DNA from: Hydrolagus affinis | Lineage: Eukaryota | DNA length: 64,000 nucleotides | Direction of reading: 5' to 3' | Assembly: GCA_012026655.1 (NCBI GenBank) | Contig: JAAILG010001221.1 | Coordinates: 1-64,000 of the forward strand | Shown here: one piece after another, positions 24,830 through 35,273 of the stretch | Position numbering within the stretch: position 1 is the stretch's first letter | Layout of the letters: every line of letters starts with the position of its first letter | Notes under the pieces: generated by a model | What the model was told of the DNA's origin: nothing | Seen by the model: only the letters and a program-made list of their open reading frames with translations | Database searches by the model: none | Program-made: the position numbers and the translations under genes

Positions 24830-25516
24830 AATATAGTGAAGGAAACAAATTAACACTCTCCTTTTCTAAGTTTGTTGTTACCAAATGAACCCCGTAAAAG
24901 ATAAAAGTTCTTGTTTTATGTTAAACTGGTTCTGCTGCAACTGCTACTATTTGCAGCAGAAAAAAGACATAAAAGCAGAATTGTATAATAATCTACAAAT
25001 GTAATTACCTCTAATTAGTAGTCAGGAACAGATTGAATTGCTTACGATTACTGAATGCATTTTGTTTTATTGTTTTCTAACCCACATTTCAGTAAATTCA
25101 CACAACTGTTTGTAATCTGGAGAGGAAACATAGTTCTGTTGCAGGATGAAGTTAAGTATCCCAGTTTCCTATTTCCCCACAATAATACTTCTGATAATGT
25201 GGCACCAGAAGATTTTTTTCTTTTCAAAGATCAACCTCTCAAAAGATGATTTCAACAACATCAGTTAACTGACCCCCAACCAGCAATTTTCAATGTTATT
25301 GTCGGGCTGTAAGCTCTTGGAGTGACTTGTTTTAAAAAGCTTTGGTGACAGGCGGCAGCTCTGCATGTTTGTTTCATTAATGGGAATAAAGTACAATGAT
25401 ACCTTTGTTGTATTTTAAAAATGATAAGATACCAAAGGGGTACTCTTTGCTTGATAACCTTGGCAATTTATGCATATAATGTCCCTTTAAAACATACAAA
25501 AATAGTACCAGTGTCT

Positions 25517-25581
25517 AACAACAACAATAAAATGACATTTGCATAGTGCCTTTCATGTCAGGAGGACGTCCCAAGGTGCTG
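25517..25581 (-). mobile_element. L2-type stem-loop/tail copy
   Basis: (AAC)n...AGTGCCTTTCATGTCAGGAGGACGTCCCAAGGTGCTG. Confidence 0.8.
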
Positions 25582-25605
25582 ACTATGATAATATAGTCTA
25601 AGACT

Positions 25606-25880
25606 ATAATAATAATCCTTGCATTTGATATCGCGCTTTTCATGTCTTTTAGACGTCTCAAAGCGCTTCACAGTATATACTGTAAAATGAATTGACTGTA
25701 CTGTATATATGTGCGCGAAACGCAGCAGCCAATTGCATACAGCAGCATCCCACAAAACAGTCGTGGATTGAGTGACCAAATCATTATTGTTTTCTGTGAA
25801 GGATTATTATCAGGTGAGTGGAATAAGGAAACTTGTCCAAGGTTTCGCCCTGGCTGGGATTCGAACCCAGATCTCTTGTG
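25606..25880 (-). mobile_element. SINE including B box, lacking extreme 5' end
   Basis: Tail, core and GGGATTCGAACCCAG (B box GGTTCGAATCCC on minus). Confidence 0.88.
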
Positions 25881-26059
25881 ATTAATGTCAGGAATACAAC
25901 AGTGTTACAGGATAGGAAGGGAAGGCAGAAAACGTATGTCAGGCTGAGAGGGTACGGATTTTAAATATTAAGAAGAAATCAGACTTCTTTGACGTAAAGC
26001 CATTTCACTAGATATAGGGTTGTACTGCGGAAATTGTTACACATACCGTTGTACATTCA

Positions 26060-26170
26060 CCCACAAAATAGACAGACAGTCACTCCACTTTACACTATAT
26101 CCAGTGAAACACACTGAGGAATACTCCTAAATTGAAAGGCATTATCCTATATGTAAGGATTATTATTATC
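26060..26170 (+). mobile_element. older SINE 3' tail
   Basis: CAGTCACTCCACTTTACACTATATCCAGTGAA...GAAAGGCATT...AAGGATTATTATTA. Confidence 0.55.
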
Positions 26171-27000
26171 ATCATCAATAAAAAAGATTGAGTCAAGAAA
26201 AGCGAGTTACACTATGTTTCAGCTAACAGCTCTTTCATTGAGATACTAATTCATTGAGATGGTAACCTATCACAGCCAGCCTTGCCCTTTGAGCAAGAGA
26301 CAAATGGTAGAAATATGTAACTGGATTAACAGAAAGGGACTTGGCCCTGAATGGTGATGTTAGAAAGATGCCAGGCATTATAATCTTTGCGTCATCAATC
26401 TATGTGAAAGAACGCTGGGTAAACGTTAAGATAGGCTTCTACAAAACAAAGACAAAAACAAATAAAGTTAAATAAATGATCGGAACATGAGACAAGTTCA
26501 GTATGGAGCAATCTAGAAGTGCCTGCACTGTTATGATATCCAATCATGATCAATAACGTTAGTCATCCAGCAATGTTAGTAATGGTCCCTTCCCCGTTTG
26601 CCCTCTCACCTATAATCTACAGGCTTTTAAAACCTAAGCTGTTATCATCTAACCATTACTATTTGGTTCAGCTGGTCATCCCTCAAACTCTCTCAAGCTC
26701 GGTGGCGTTCACCAAAGTTTGTTAACAACCAAATAAATCACTGCATGTGTTGCGAATTTACATTTGCCTTTCAATCCGGTTCCTTAAGCATATTCGAATA
26801 ATTTGGTACTGTTTTGGGAATTTAAAAAAAATGAGTAAGCACCTCTTTATTCTTCTAAGCCTTTACCTCCTTGTTAGCTCCTTGCCTTTGGGATCGCATG
26901 TCGATGCTAATCCAAAGCGAGCTGAGATAAGGTGTCTTGTTGAAGGTACACAGAAAGTGTCACTGCTGCCTCGGAGGTTAGCTTCCCTGAGGGGATAGCA

Positions 27001-27233
27001 CCTAATAGCCTTGTGAGGAATCTGGAAGCTTCATCATATCTCTGACTGGCAGATCTGAGAATTTGCGATTTTTTTTCCTAACACCACAATGCAATCCCCA
27101 AACCACACATTTGTGAGAGTTTCTGAACCATCATGTAATTTTTAATTAAGCTGCCTTTGCATAAAGTTTAAAATCTGTCCATCTTCCAGCAAAGATCATG
27201 TTCCGGGCATTGGATTTTTCTGTATCTCTCACT
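27001..27233 (+). repeat. ~230 bp segment duplicated in inverted orientation at 44627-44857
   Basis: By-eye alignment about 88% identical to reverse complement of 44627-44857 (e.g. CTAACACCACAATGCAATCCCCAAACC). Confidence 0.92.
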
Positions 27234-27370
27234 TGTGTTTTCCCCACAATATATAGTCAATTCACTTTATAATAAATTATGTCTTTGAAACATCTCAAAG
27301 CGCTTCACAGAATACACTGTAAAGTGAATTGACTATATATTTTTATATCAAATGCAAGGAATATTATTAT
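27234..27370 (+). mobile_element. SINE 3' fragment with internal inverted segment
   Basis: ATATAGTCAATTCACTTTA ... TAAAGTGAATTGACTATAT, then TATATCAAATGCAAGGAATATTATTAT. Confidence 0.8.
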
Positions 27371-27852
27371 ATCAACTGGAATTATAGAGGACAAATCTGG
27401 ATACTGTTTTTTTTATCTTGGTCTATCGTAAAATTCCTCAGAAATACTGGCAAAGAGTTTGGAGAAGTTAGCTATACTGGAAGTTGAACCTATATTTTAC
27501 AAGGGCAGGCCAAGCACTGCCAGTCCACAAATACTTTGGATCAGTTCAAAATGAAATATAGTATTGTATAGTTTGTACTATATTTTAAGTTAATGAAACA
27601 AGAAATGCTTGTACGGCTATGATCACATCAGGCAAACAAAAAGTTAGGCATTGAATTTATGAACCACAAACATTGTATTCTCTGCTGGCCCATAAATCTA
27701 AAACACTCATCAACAAGGATCATGCATTATCAGCAGCAGGGAGTACAGTGTTCCCACCATCCAATTAATTTACCAACGACAAGAGAATCCCCCCCCACCT
27801 CCCCCCACCCACCTCCCTTTATAGAAGCTAATATCTTTAATGATTATCTTTG

Positions 27853-27919
27853 TGTAATGTAGCTCTGGGATGCTGCCCCGTGTGAAGAGTGCTATATAAA
27901 TGCAAGTCGTTGTTGTTGT
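27853..27919 (+). mobile_element. L2-type tail copy
   Basis: GCTCTGGGATGCTGCCCCGTGTGAAGAGTGCTATATAAATGCAAG-(GTT)n. Confidence 0.7.
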
Positions 27920-28723
27920 GTAGATGTTTTAAATATAAAAACATCCTTACAGTGTGGTGGCTAATTTCTCAGCTCACTCAATGAGATCTATTTGTTAGAA
28001 ACTGTTATTTTAGTCCAGTCTTACTTGCATCAGCTGCTCCTATTAGTGTTCTTATTTAAAGGAGGAATAGAGATAGTTCTATTGCATTCAATTGTGGTCA
28101 CCACAAACCAACCTTAATAAGCTAGTGTTGCAACGGAGCATGGCCTGTTGTTCCCCAGTTAATATTACTGCTGGCTTAAATTCAAAGTGTATCACTTGAC
28201 AGCCTCTGCTCCAGGCTGTACCCCTGTCAAATCTTCCACAAAAGAGCCTGCTCTGGGACTCTTCACAGCACTACCGTTAATCAACAAAAATTATGCAGCA
28301 AAGAAAGTAGAAGACTCGCGGTGTGACCCTGGAGACACTGAAAGAGGGAGCAACCGGCGCACTTCCAAATGCTGCTTTAACTTCTAAATGAAGCCCGTGC
28401 ACTCGTGGGACTCAGAATTTGGTCTGACAGTCTGTTACCACAGGTGCACCATTTTTTTTCACAAGTGGTAGCTCTGTGACTACATGACTTCCAGCTGTTG
28501 TGATGTGCTATCAGCCAGTGTTAATCTGCAATGGTTCCTCTGCGGCACGTAAACGTAGGACGTGCCTAACGTATTTAACGTTAACTAATTCCATGAAAAT
28601 AACTCTCTTATCTTGGACTTGAGGGTTTGGTGACAAAACATTTCCCAGTGTTCCAATTTGATATGCCTTCAATCCCAAGGCACATTGATGCACAATTCAA
28701 CATACACAATCCATTGCTGCCTG

Positions 28724-28823
28724 NNNNNNNNNNNNNNNNNNNNNNNNNNNNNNNNNNNNNNNNNNNNNNNNNNNNNNNNNNNNNNNNNNNNNNNNNNNNN
28801 NNNNNNNNNNNNNNNNNNNNNNN
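28724..28823. other. assembly gap (100 N), followed by a poly-C run
   Basis: Seen directly. Confidence 0.99.
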
Positions 28824-28855
28824 CACCCCCCCCCCCCCCCCCCCAACTCCCCACC

Positions 28856-28919
28856 ACTGTTAAGCGCTCTAAGACGCTACCCAGCGTGGAGAGCGCTATA
28901 TAAGTGCAAGTTGTTGTTG
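28856..28919 (+). mobile_element. L2-type tail copy
   Basis: AAGCGCTCTAAGACGCTACCCAGCGTGGAGAGCGCTATATAAGTGCAAG-(TTG)n. Confidence 0.8.
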
Positions 28920-29020
28920 TATGTCTTCAATACCAATACATTATTGTTGAAATTATGTCTGATAATTATTTCAAGGCCAATATGCTCTCTGAGCATAACA
29001 AAATACCAAGAAATTTGAAA

Positions 29021-29216
29021 CAAAAACTCAAAATACTGCAGATGCTGGAAATTTCAAACAAAAACAGAAATCGCTGGGAACACTCAGCAGAACATGGAGA
29101 AAGGAAATGTGAATCAGTTCTCACGAAGAGTCATGGACCTGAAACGTTGACTCACTTTTCCTTTCTCCATAGATGCTGCCTGACCTGCTGAGTGTTCCCA
29201 GCGACTTCTGTTTTTG
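29021..29216 (+). mobile_element. palindromic Penelope-type element with central hammerhead-like motif
   Basis: Arms 29059-29107 and 29157-29216 are inverted; centre AGTT-CTCACGA-AGAGTC-ATG-GACCT-GAAA-CG-TT-GACT; homologous to 16357-16496. Confidence 0.75.
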
Positions 29217-30514
29217 AACAAGAAATGCTATCTGTTGTTTCTATTTCAAGTTTATAATAGGCTCACAACCACTTCAACTTTATAGCAAAAAGAGATTCAC
29301 AACCAGTAAAGGGTTACCTGTACCAGATATTGCGGCTTGAAATGCTCCAGTGTAAATGACAGGATAAGAATTCCCCTTTTAACTTTTTCATAAGAATTCC
29401 CCTTTAATATTTTTGAGCAAACATATAATTCTTAGAATCATAATTCAATAAAGTGATTTCTGACAAATTCTATTTCTAATGTTGCCTAGAGTCATGATGT
29501 TATAGTCAATGATGAAATGTTCTATGACTATTAGACATTGACGTTAAAAGCAACTAACAGATTATTAATGTAAGATAAACCCTTAGGATCAAATTAACAT
29601 TAATAAGATTAGTCCCACTATAACCAATATAATATTTACAGACAGACAAGCACTGAACAGCTACTCCCTATGACATCATGTGTTCTGGGTATAAAAATGT
29701 TTAAAAATAACAATTGAAGCTTCAAATAATGAATCCCAACGTGATCTACACAATGCTCTAAACAAATCTCAATCTCTAACTTCACCCTTAATGTTCATGA
29801 CTATAAAGTACAAAAATCTAAAGTAATTATATTTCAGGAAACATGCCCATTTGGTACACTGAAGAGATCATTACTCACAGGATTAATCTGTATGCAGTCA
29901 CTGCACCATATAATTATCCAAAGAGAAGTTTCAAAATCAATAAAATGTGCAATGCATTTTTCTGCTGGATAATAATTGGCCTGCTTCCATACTGCACTGC
30001 AAATACAGAGATGAACATACAGTAAATACTGATGTTGAATATTACGTTGGGTTTTTTCGTTAATTTCTAAATCAGTCTAGATGCTTTGCATTGATAGTTC
30101 TAGATTGAAACACACTGCAAGCGATATGTCTTATTGCATCTATAAATCAGATTCAACGAAATCTACAATAACCCTAGTCCTCAATACTCTAATAACTGTA
30201 AACTCTCAGAAGGAAATTATTTTGATCTTTGACTTGGTTTCCTGAGAATTGTGTATGTGTGTTTGTGTACTTGCATCTGCTTGTGTGTTCAAGAGTTAGT
30301 GCTTAAATAATATGGTAGAAAATCAAGTAACAAGTCTTGAAAATTGAATTAATTTGATGATTTATCCCGAAATTTCCACCTGTTGATATTCTTTACCACA
30401 TTTCTACATTCATTAATAGTACAAAACCCAAACAAAGCATACCTGAGCTGAACGGAATATGCCAAAAACTCAGCTGAAAGGAATATGTCAAATATTAGAG
30501 AGGAAATTTTTCAG

Positions 30515-30623
30515 AGTTATGGGGAGAGAGCAGGGGGAGTGAGATTGATTTGGATAGTTCTTTTCAAAGAGCCAGCACATACATGATGAGCCAAATGTTG
30601 CTGTATAATTCTCTGATTCTATG
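30515..30623 (+). mobile_element. CR1 3' end
   Basis: GTTATGGGGAGAGAGCAGGGGGAGTGAGATT...TTCAAAGAGCCAGCAC...ATTCTCTGATTCTATG. Confidence 0.75.
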
Positions 30624-31303
30624 AAATACAGTCATTTATTTTATTTTCAACATTTATCTAATTTTGTCAACCATGCACTGAAGTAAAACTCCCTCTGTTC
30701 TATTCCAACAATGTGTAGTAAACCCGGATATGGGTGCTATTTATCATTAACAGGGAGGAAATGCTGTGCCGTGAACTTGTTCAAAGTACTTTAAGAATTC
30801 ATGCATTAAGTAAAATACCATAGGGAAACTCTTATAGGTTACTTTACTTTAACTACAGGTCTATGTTGGCTTACATTACTGTTACATTGGTAAGCACGTT
30901 TGCCAAGCACTATCCCATTCATTAGATATTCCAAACCAAGCCAATTTGTGTCTCACCTTTCATTGATGATATTTTAGTTGCACAACTGTTTCTACATAAA
31001 TATAAAAAAGGTGACATTCTGTAATTAGATGTAGCTAACTGTAGCTAAGGAAAGGACCTTTGATACTCTTCTTAAACGAGGAACCTTGTTTCTTATTAAG
31101 CAGCAGTAGTTTGATGTTAAAATAGTCAACGCTTGTTTTGCTTTATAATGTTTTAAAGCACCCTTTCCTTCCTCCCTCACCCACAGAAACGTTTTTAAAA
31201 ATCCACATTTAATAATTTCACAATGACTTGTTTGCTTGTCTTTAGAGGCATCAGCCAGCCATGTAGGCATAACTCCGATCAATTACAGGTAGACCCCGCT
31301 TAC

Positions 31304-31365
31304 AAATCTACAAATCTTACATTTATTAAGCGCCTTTCACGTCGAGAGGACGTCCCAAGGCGCTG
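31304..31365 (-). mobile_element. L2-type stem-loop/tail copy just inside the left TIR
   Basis: AGCGCCTTTCACGTCGAGAGGACGTCCCAAGGCGCTG. Confidence 0.82.
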
Positions 31366-31529
31366 AACGAAGGGGGGTTTAAAACCCTTTGGTAAGCGCA
31401 AATTTCGTTAAGCGAGAGTTTAACTATATTACTGTATTTGGCTGCAGCCAAAACGCCACCCCGACCCGAGCCTCCCCGCTAAAATCAGTTTAGTTCCTAG
31501 CGGTTCCTAGCGCTAACATTTTCGGTGTA

Positions 31530-31778
31530 CAGGTTGAGCAGCCAAAATCCAGAGTTCAAAAATCCGAAGTTCCGGAATCCAGAACTTGACAAAAATTGCA
31601 AGAATAAAAACGCCAATCCTACTTGCTCCAGGCCAGGTCTTCACAGTCACCACACTGAAATATCACCACCTGGGCCAAGGCATTTCCGGACACATGATGC
31701 GCTTCCGGCGTTCTGATTTGTCCGGAAATACCCGAACCCAGGCTCGGCTATGGGCCCGAATTCAGGACGCTCAACCCG
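31530..31778. mobile_element. nested MITE, Tigger4/MER46-like
   Basis: TA|CAGGTTGAGCAGCC...GGACGCTCAACCCG|TA; subterminal AATCCRG/TCCGAA repeats as in Tigger4-type ends. Confidence 0.8.
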
Positions 31779-32682
31779 TACTAGCGAAGGCCTAAGGTAG
31801 ATATAACTGCTATTGAAGGCTTTAAATACAACAATAAAATATTAAAATGTTAGTAAATACAACAATAAACAATAAAATACAGACAGTCCTCGACTTACTA
31901 TTATTGAAGCCATGAAGCATCCTGCCGCTTAAGCTCCACCCATATGGTTAACTGAGGCACGCTAAAGACTGAGCGTGTGTTGCTAGGGCAACCGGGAGAG
32001 ACACTACCCATGAGAAGCTGCGCACGAGAAGCCCGTGAGACTTAAAGTGTGTGTAAACATTCGTTATAGCGAAAGCAGCCTTTGTTAAGCGGATAAGTGG
32101 TATAAATAGAAACCCTCATTAGAGTGAACTTTCAGTAACCGGGCGTTCGGTAAGCTGGGTCTACCTGTATAATGTTATAATACTAGTATAGCTGAGTGAT
32201 GGGACCTATAATAATTCTTGCAATCAAATTAATAATCTTCTATCATTTGAAATTTTGTTTGACAACATTTTTTTCAGACTAAATTAAATAATTTGCGCGT
32301 TTTAAAGTAGAATGAACACCAATTTCTGTTCATGCTGTTCCTACTGTGCCTGCAGGAAACTCACATGAAATGAAAATATTTGATTTAAAATTGTTTCTGA
32401 TTTCTAATTCTTGCAAGGTCTATCTAGAGGTTATGGATACAAACAGCTGCACTACAAACAAACGTTTTGTCAGTGAACTTTGTAACCCAGAAACTTAGAA
32501 AAGCAGAAATGCGAGTGTGTCATGATTTGAGGATGGAACTGAAACATAAGTCCATCTGTTCTCAATTCTGTGTCAATTTCGTCTTCAAGTTGATGAATGC
32601 TTAGAAAAAATATTCAAAAAGAAAACATTTGCTTAATTTCTGATCGTTTGTGAAAGTGATACCAGGGTTTCTGTTTGAAGTT

Positions 32683-33146
32683 ATAATAATAATCCTTCCA
32701 TTGGGTAGAGCACCTTTCTTGTTGGCAGGATGTTTCAAAGCACTTCACAATGTCTAGTGACTGCATATTTGTAGGCATTTGCAGAAGCCAATCTGCACAC
32801 AGCAATGTTCCTCAAATCACAAAGTGAATGACTTAACTTCATCTGGGGATTGTTAATGAAGACAAAGCAAGAAACTCCTTATATTTTCAATTAATCATGG
32901 GATCTTTGGTTTAATATTTCATCTGAAAGACAACACCTCTGATAATGCAATACTCCTCCACCACTGTACTGAAGTGTCAGCGTCCAGTGTAATGATAAGA
33001 AGCATTGTGTTGTCCTTCAATGAAATAAGCTTAAGACTCCCATTTTGGGGGAGTTTATAATTTGAGCTCAAACTCTCGATGTGGTGCTTGAACCCTGAAC
33101 CTTCTGACTCAGAGATAAGTGTGTGACCAACTTAGCTGAGTTGACC
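32683..33146 (-). mobile_element. near full-length old Deu-domain SINE
   Basis: Tail ATAATAATAATCCTT; Deu core TCATCTGAAAGACAACACCTCTGATAATGCAATACTCC...CACTGTACTGAAGTGTCAGC; head CTTGAACCCTGAACCTTCTGACTCAGAG. Confidence 0.8.
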
Positions 33147-34429
33147 CCAACCACTTTGGTCGCCATATACTGTAGTTTCAGACGTTGATAAAAATCTGAG
33201 TGAAACCGTTTTGAGGAGTCCTCATAGTCAGATTCAACTGAGCTTGCATTATTTTATAAGACACAAATGTTTTCTGGAAACCTCAAATGTGGATGCTTCT
33301 TTCCTCCAGCTGCTGTATTCCTCCATGGATTTGGATTCCAAACTAAAGATCAAAATGGGGACATTTTGTATTGCTGAGTGAGTAGAAAGTGACTGACATC
33401 ATAGATTTCCAGACAGAAATCCAAGCTGGAGCAATGGCCTGGGAAGGTCAAATCTCTTTCATCAGCTCAGTTTGAAAAGAAAGTGGGTTCTACAATACGT
33501 ACCTGGCATCTTGCTGTTGCAATGGCAGTTAAACAGATGCACTGATTTATTTAGCCTGTGGTCAGACAGGTCAGTGTGATGGATAAAACCTTGTCTGAGC
33601 CGGGTTCTACCTTATATTGCAGCTTACTGACTTGTTGTGTTCTGAGTGGTTAGGAGAACCTGATAAAGTTTTGAGTGATTGTAAATCTGCAGTTGGGTGA
33701 GCCCAAAGAGTAATAACTCTACAGATAACATCATTTCTTAAAGGTCAACAGACCATTCGATTTTAGGTTAGTGATGTCTTGAGGGTTGTTGTGCAGTTCT
33801 CCACTTGTCCTGGTAACTAGACTTTCCGTTTGCCCCCCACACCATAATAGCTGGATCATGACTCAGCATCAACAGCTTACTGTCCGGCAGAACATTCTCT
33901 TGTTCTCAGTACATCAGCAACCATTGTTAGGGAGGAGTTTTGTGAACAAGCCTTAGGGCATGGGCAATCTCCTCTGCGTGTGATGGAATGAGGGTTATCA
34001 GGCCTCTACAGTCTGTTCATAAGTACTCCAATTTAACAATCCTTTTTAAGAGACCAGACCTTACCAGGGGATCATATGGGAAGCTATAGATCTCTAGATA
34101 AGACCAGCACTCACTTCAGCCATGCCTGAAAGCCTTTCCTCCTTTCGATTACTGCATGGATTACTGTAGCTATCTATTCACGGAACAAAAACATTAAGCC
34201 TTTCAAACAATCTTAAATTTAAAACAATTAAATAAATGTGCGTAAGTGGATTTCTGAACAGCAGCCTGCAGAAACTGATGAAAAACAATTTTCTGGCAAA
34301 AAGAGAACATAAAGAATTCTCTTGTGAGTATTCCTATTCACAGGAAATTCAAGAGATCCCTTAGAAGACCTCAAAACACCACTGAAAATCAGTGGCATTG
34401 AAAGCATTCATAAAAGGTCAGCAAAGATA

Positions 34430-34486
34430 ATGCCTTGGGACATCCACCCGGCGTGAAAAGCACTATATAAATGTGATTTGTTTTTT
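34430..34486 (+). mobile_element. L2-type stem-loop/tail copy
   Basis: TGCCTTGGGACATCCACCCGGCGTGAAAAGCACTATATAAATGTGATTTG. Confidence 0.7.
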
Positions 34487-34799
34487 GGCTTCATCTTTCT
34501 TTCATAATTATTTCCTGGTATGTGCTCAATCTGTTCTCATTGGAGGGAATTAAAGGAAAAACAATAGAGAGGAAAACATGAAAAGACTGTAAAACTGAAG
34601 GAAATCAATGGAATGCGAATGTGGATGGGAGTGCAGAATCAGAAGTGGATGTGTTTGCCAATTTTAGATCATCCACTGAAGATTCTGACTTTCGCTGAAA
34701 GAGAATTCCACTCAATTTCAGTATCTTGCCCAAGTGGTAATTTTCTATTTATTGCAGTGAGAGTTGCTTGATTATTTGACTATGAGAAAACTGTAATAT

Positions 34800-35273
34800 C
34801 AACAACAACAACTTGGATTTATATAGCGCCCTCCACTCTGGACGGTGTGTCAGAGCACTTTACCAAGGAGGAGGCCAGACCCAGTGGAGCAAAGACAACG
34901 AGTGCTGTTGTGAGGAGAGAGGTCAGAGAGGTAGAGGGATTTGAAAACAACGGTAAGGATCTTGAAATTGATTCGCTCTGAGACAGGGAGCCAGTGAAGT
35001 CTGGCAAGGATTGGGGTAATCGGGGAGCGAAATTTGGTTTGGGCGAGAATGCGGGCAGAATTTTGGAAACCTGGATTTTGTGAATGGTGGTGGAGGGGAG
35101 ACCGGTGAGGAGGGCATTGCAATAGTCCAGCCGAGAGGTGACAAAGGCATGGACCAGGGTTTCAGCGGCTTTTGGAGTGAGATATTGGTGGAGACAGGTG
35201 ATGCGTCGGATATGGAAGAAAATGGTGCTGTTCGGATGTGGAGGAGGAAGGATAATTAGGGGTCGAACCTGAC
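34800..35273 (-). mobile_element. L2 LINE 3' fragment with internal deletions
   Basis: Translates AETLVHAFVTSRLDYCNALLTGLP and ITPILARLHWLPVSERINFKIL; (AAC)n tail at 34800. Confidence 0.92.

Larger units (their letters stand above)
31286..32167. mobile_element. non-autonomous Tc1/mariner (pogo/Tigger-type) DNA transposon
   Basis: TA|CAGGTAGACCCCGCTTAC ... GTAAGCTGGGTCTACCTG|TA: 18-bp TIR with 1 mismatch, TA TSD; CpG-rich interior; no transposase ORF. Confidence 0.88.

Noticed and set aside
28826-28855. Poly-C and C-rich runs as G-quadruplex candidates (also near 27789, 43236, 46015)
   Set aside because: Simple low-complexity tracts; the one at the gap edge may be a sequencing artefact.
30443-30495. 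Short tandem duplications (also near 6888, 26234, 29364, 31492)
   Set aside because: Two-copy slippage repeats; not CRISPR-like or structured arrays.
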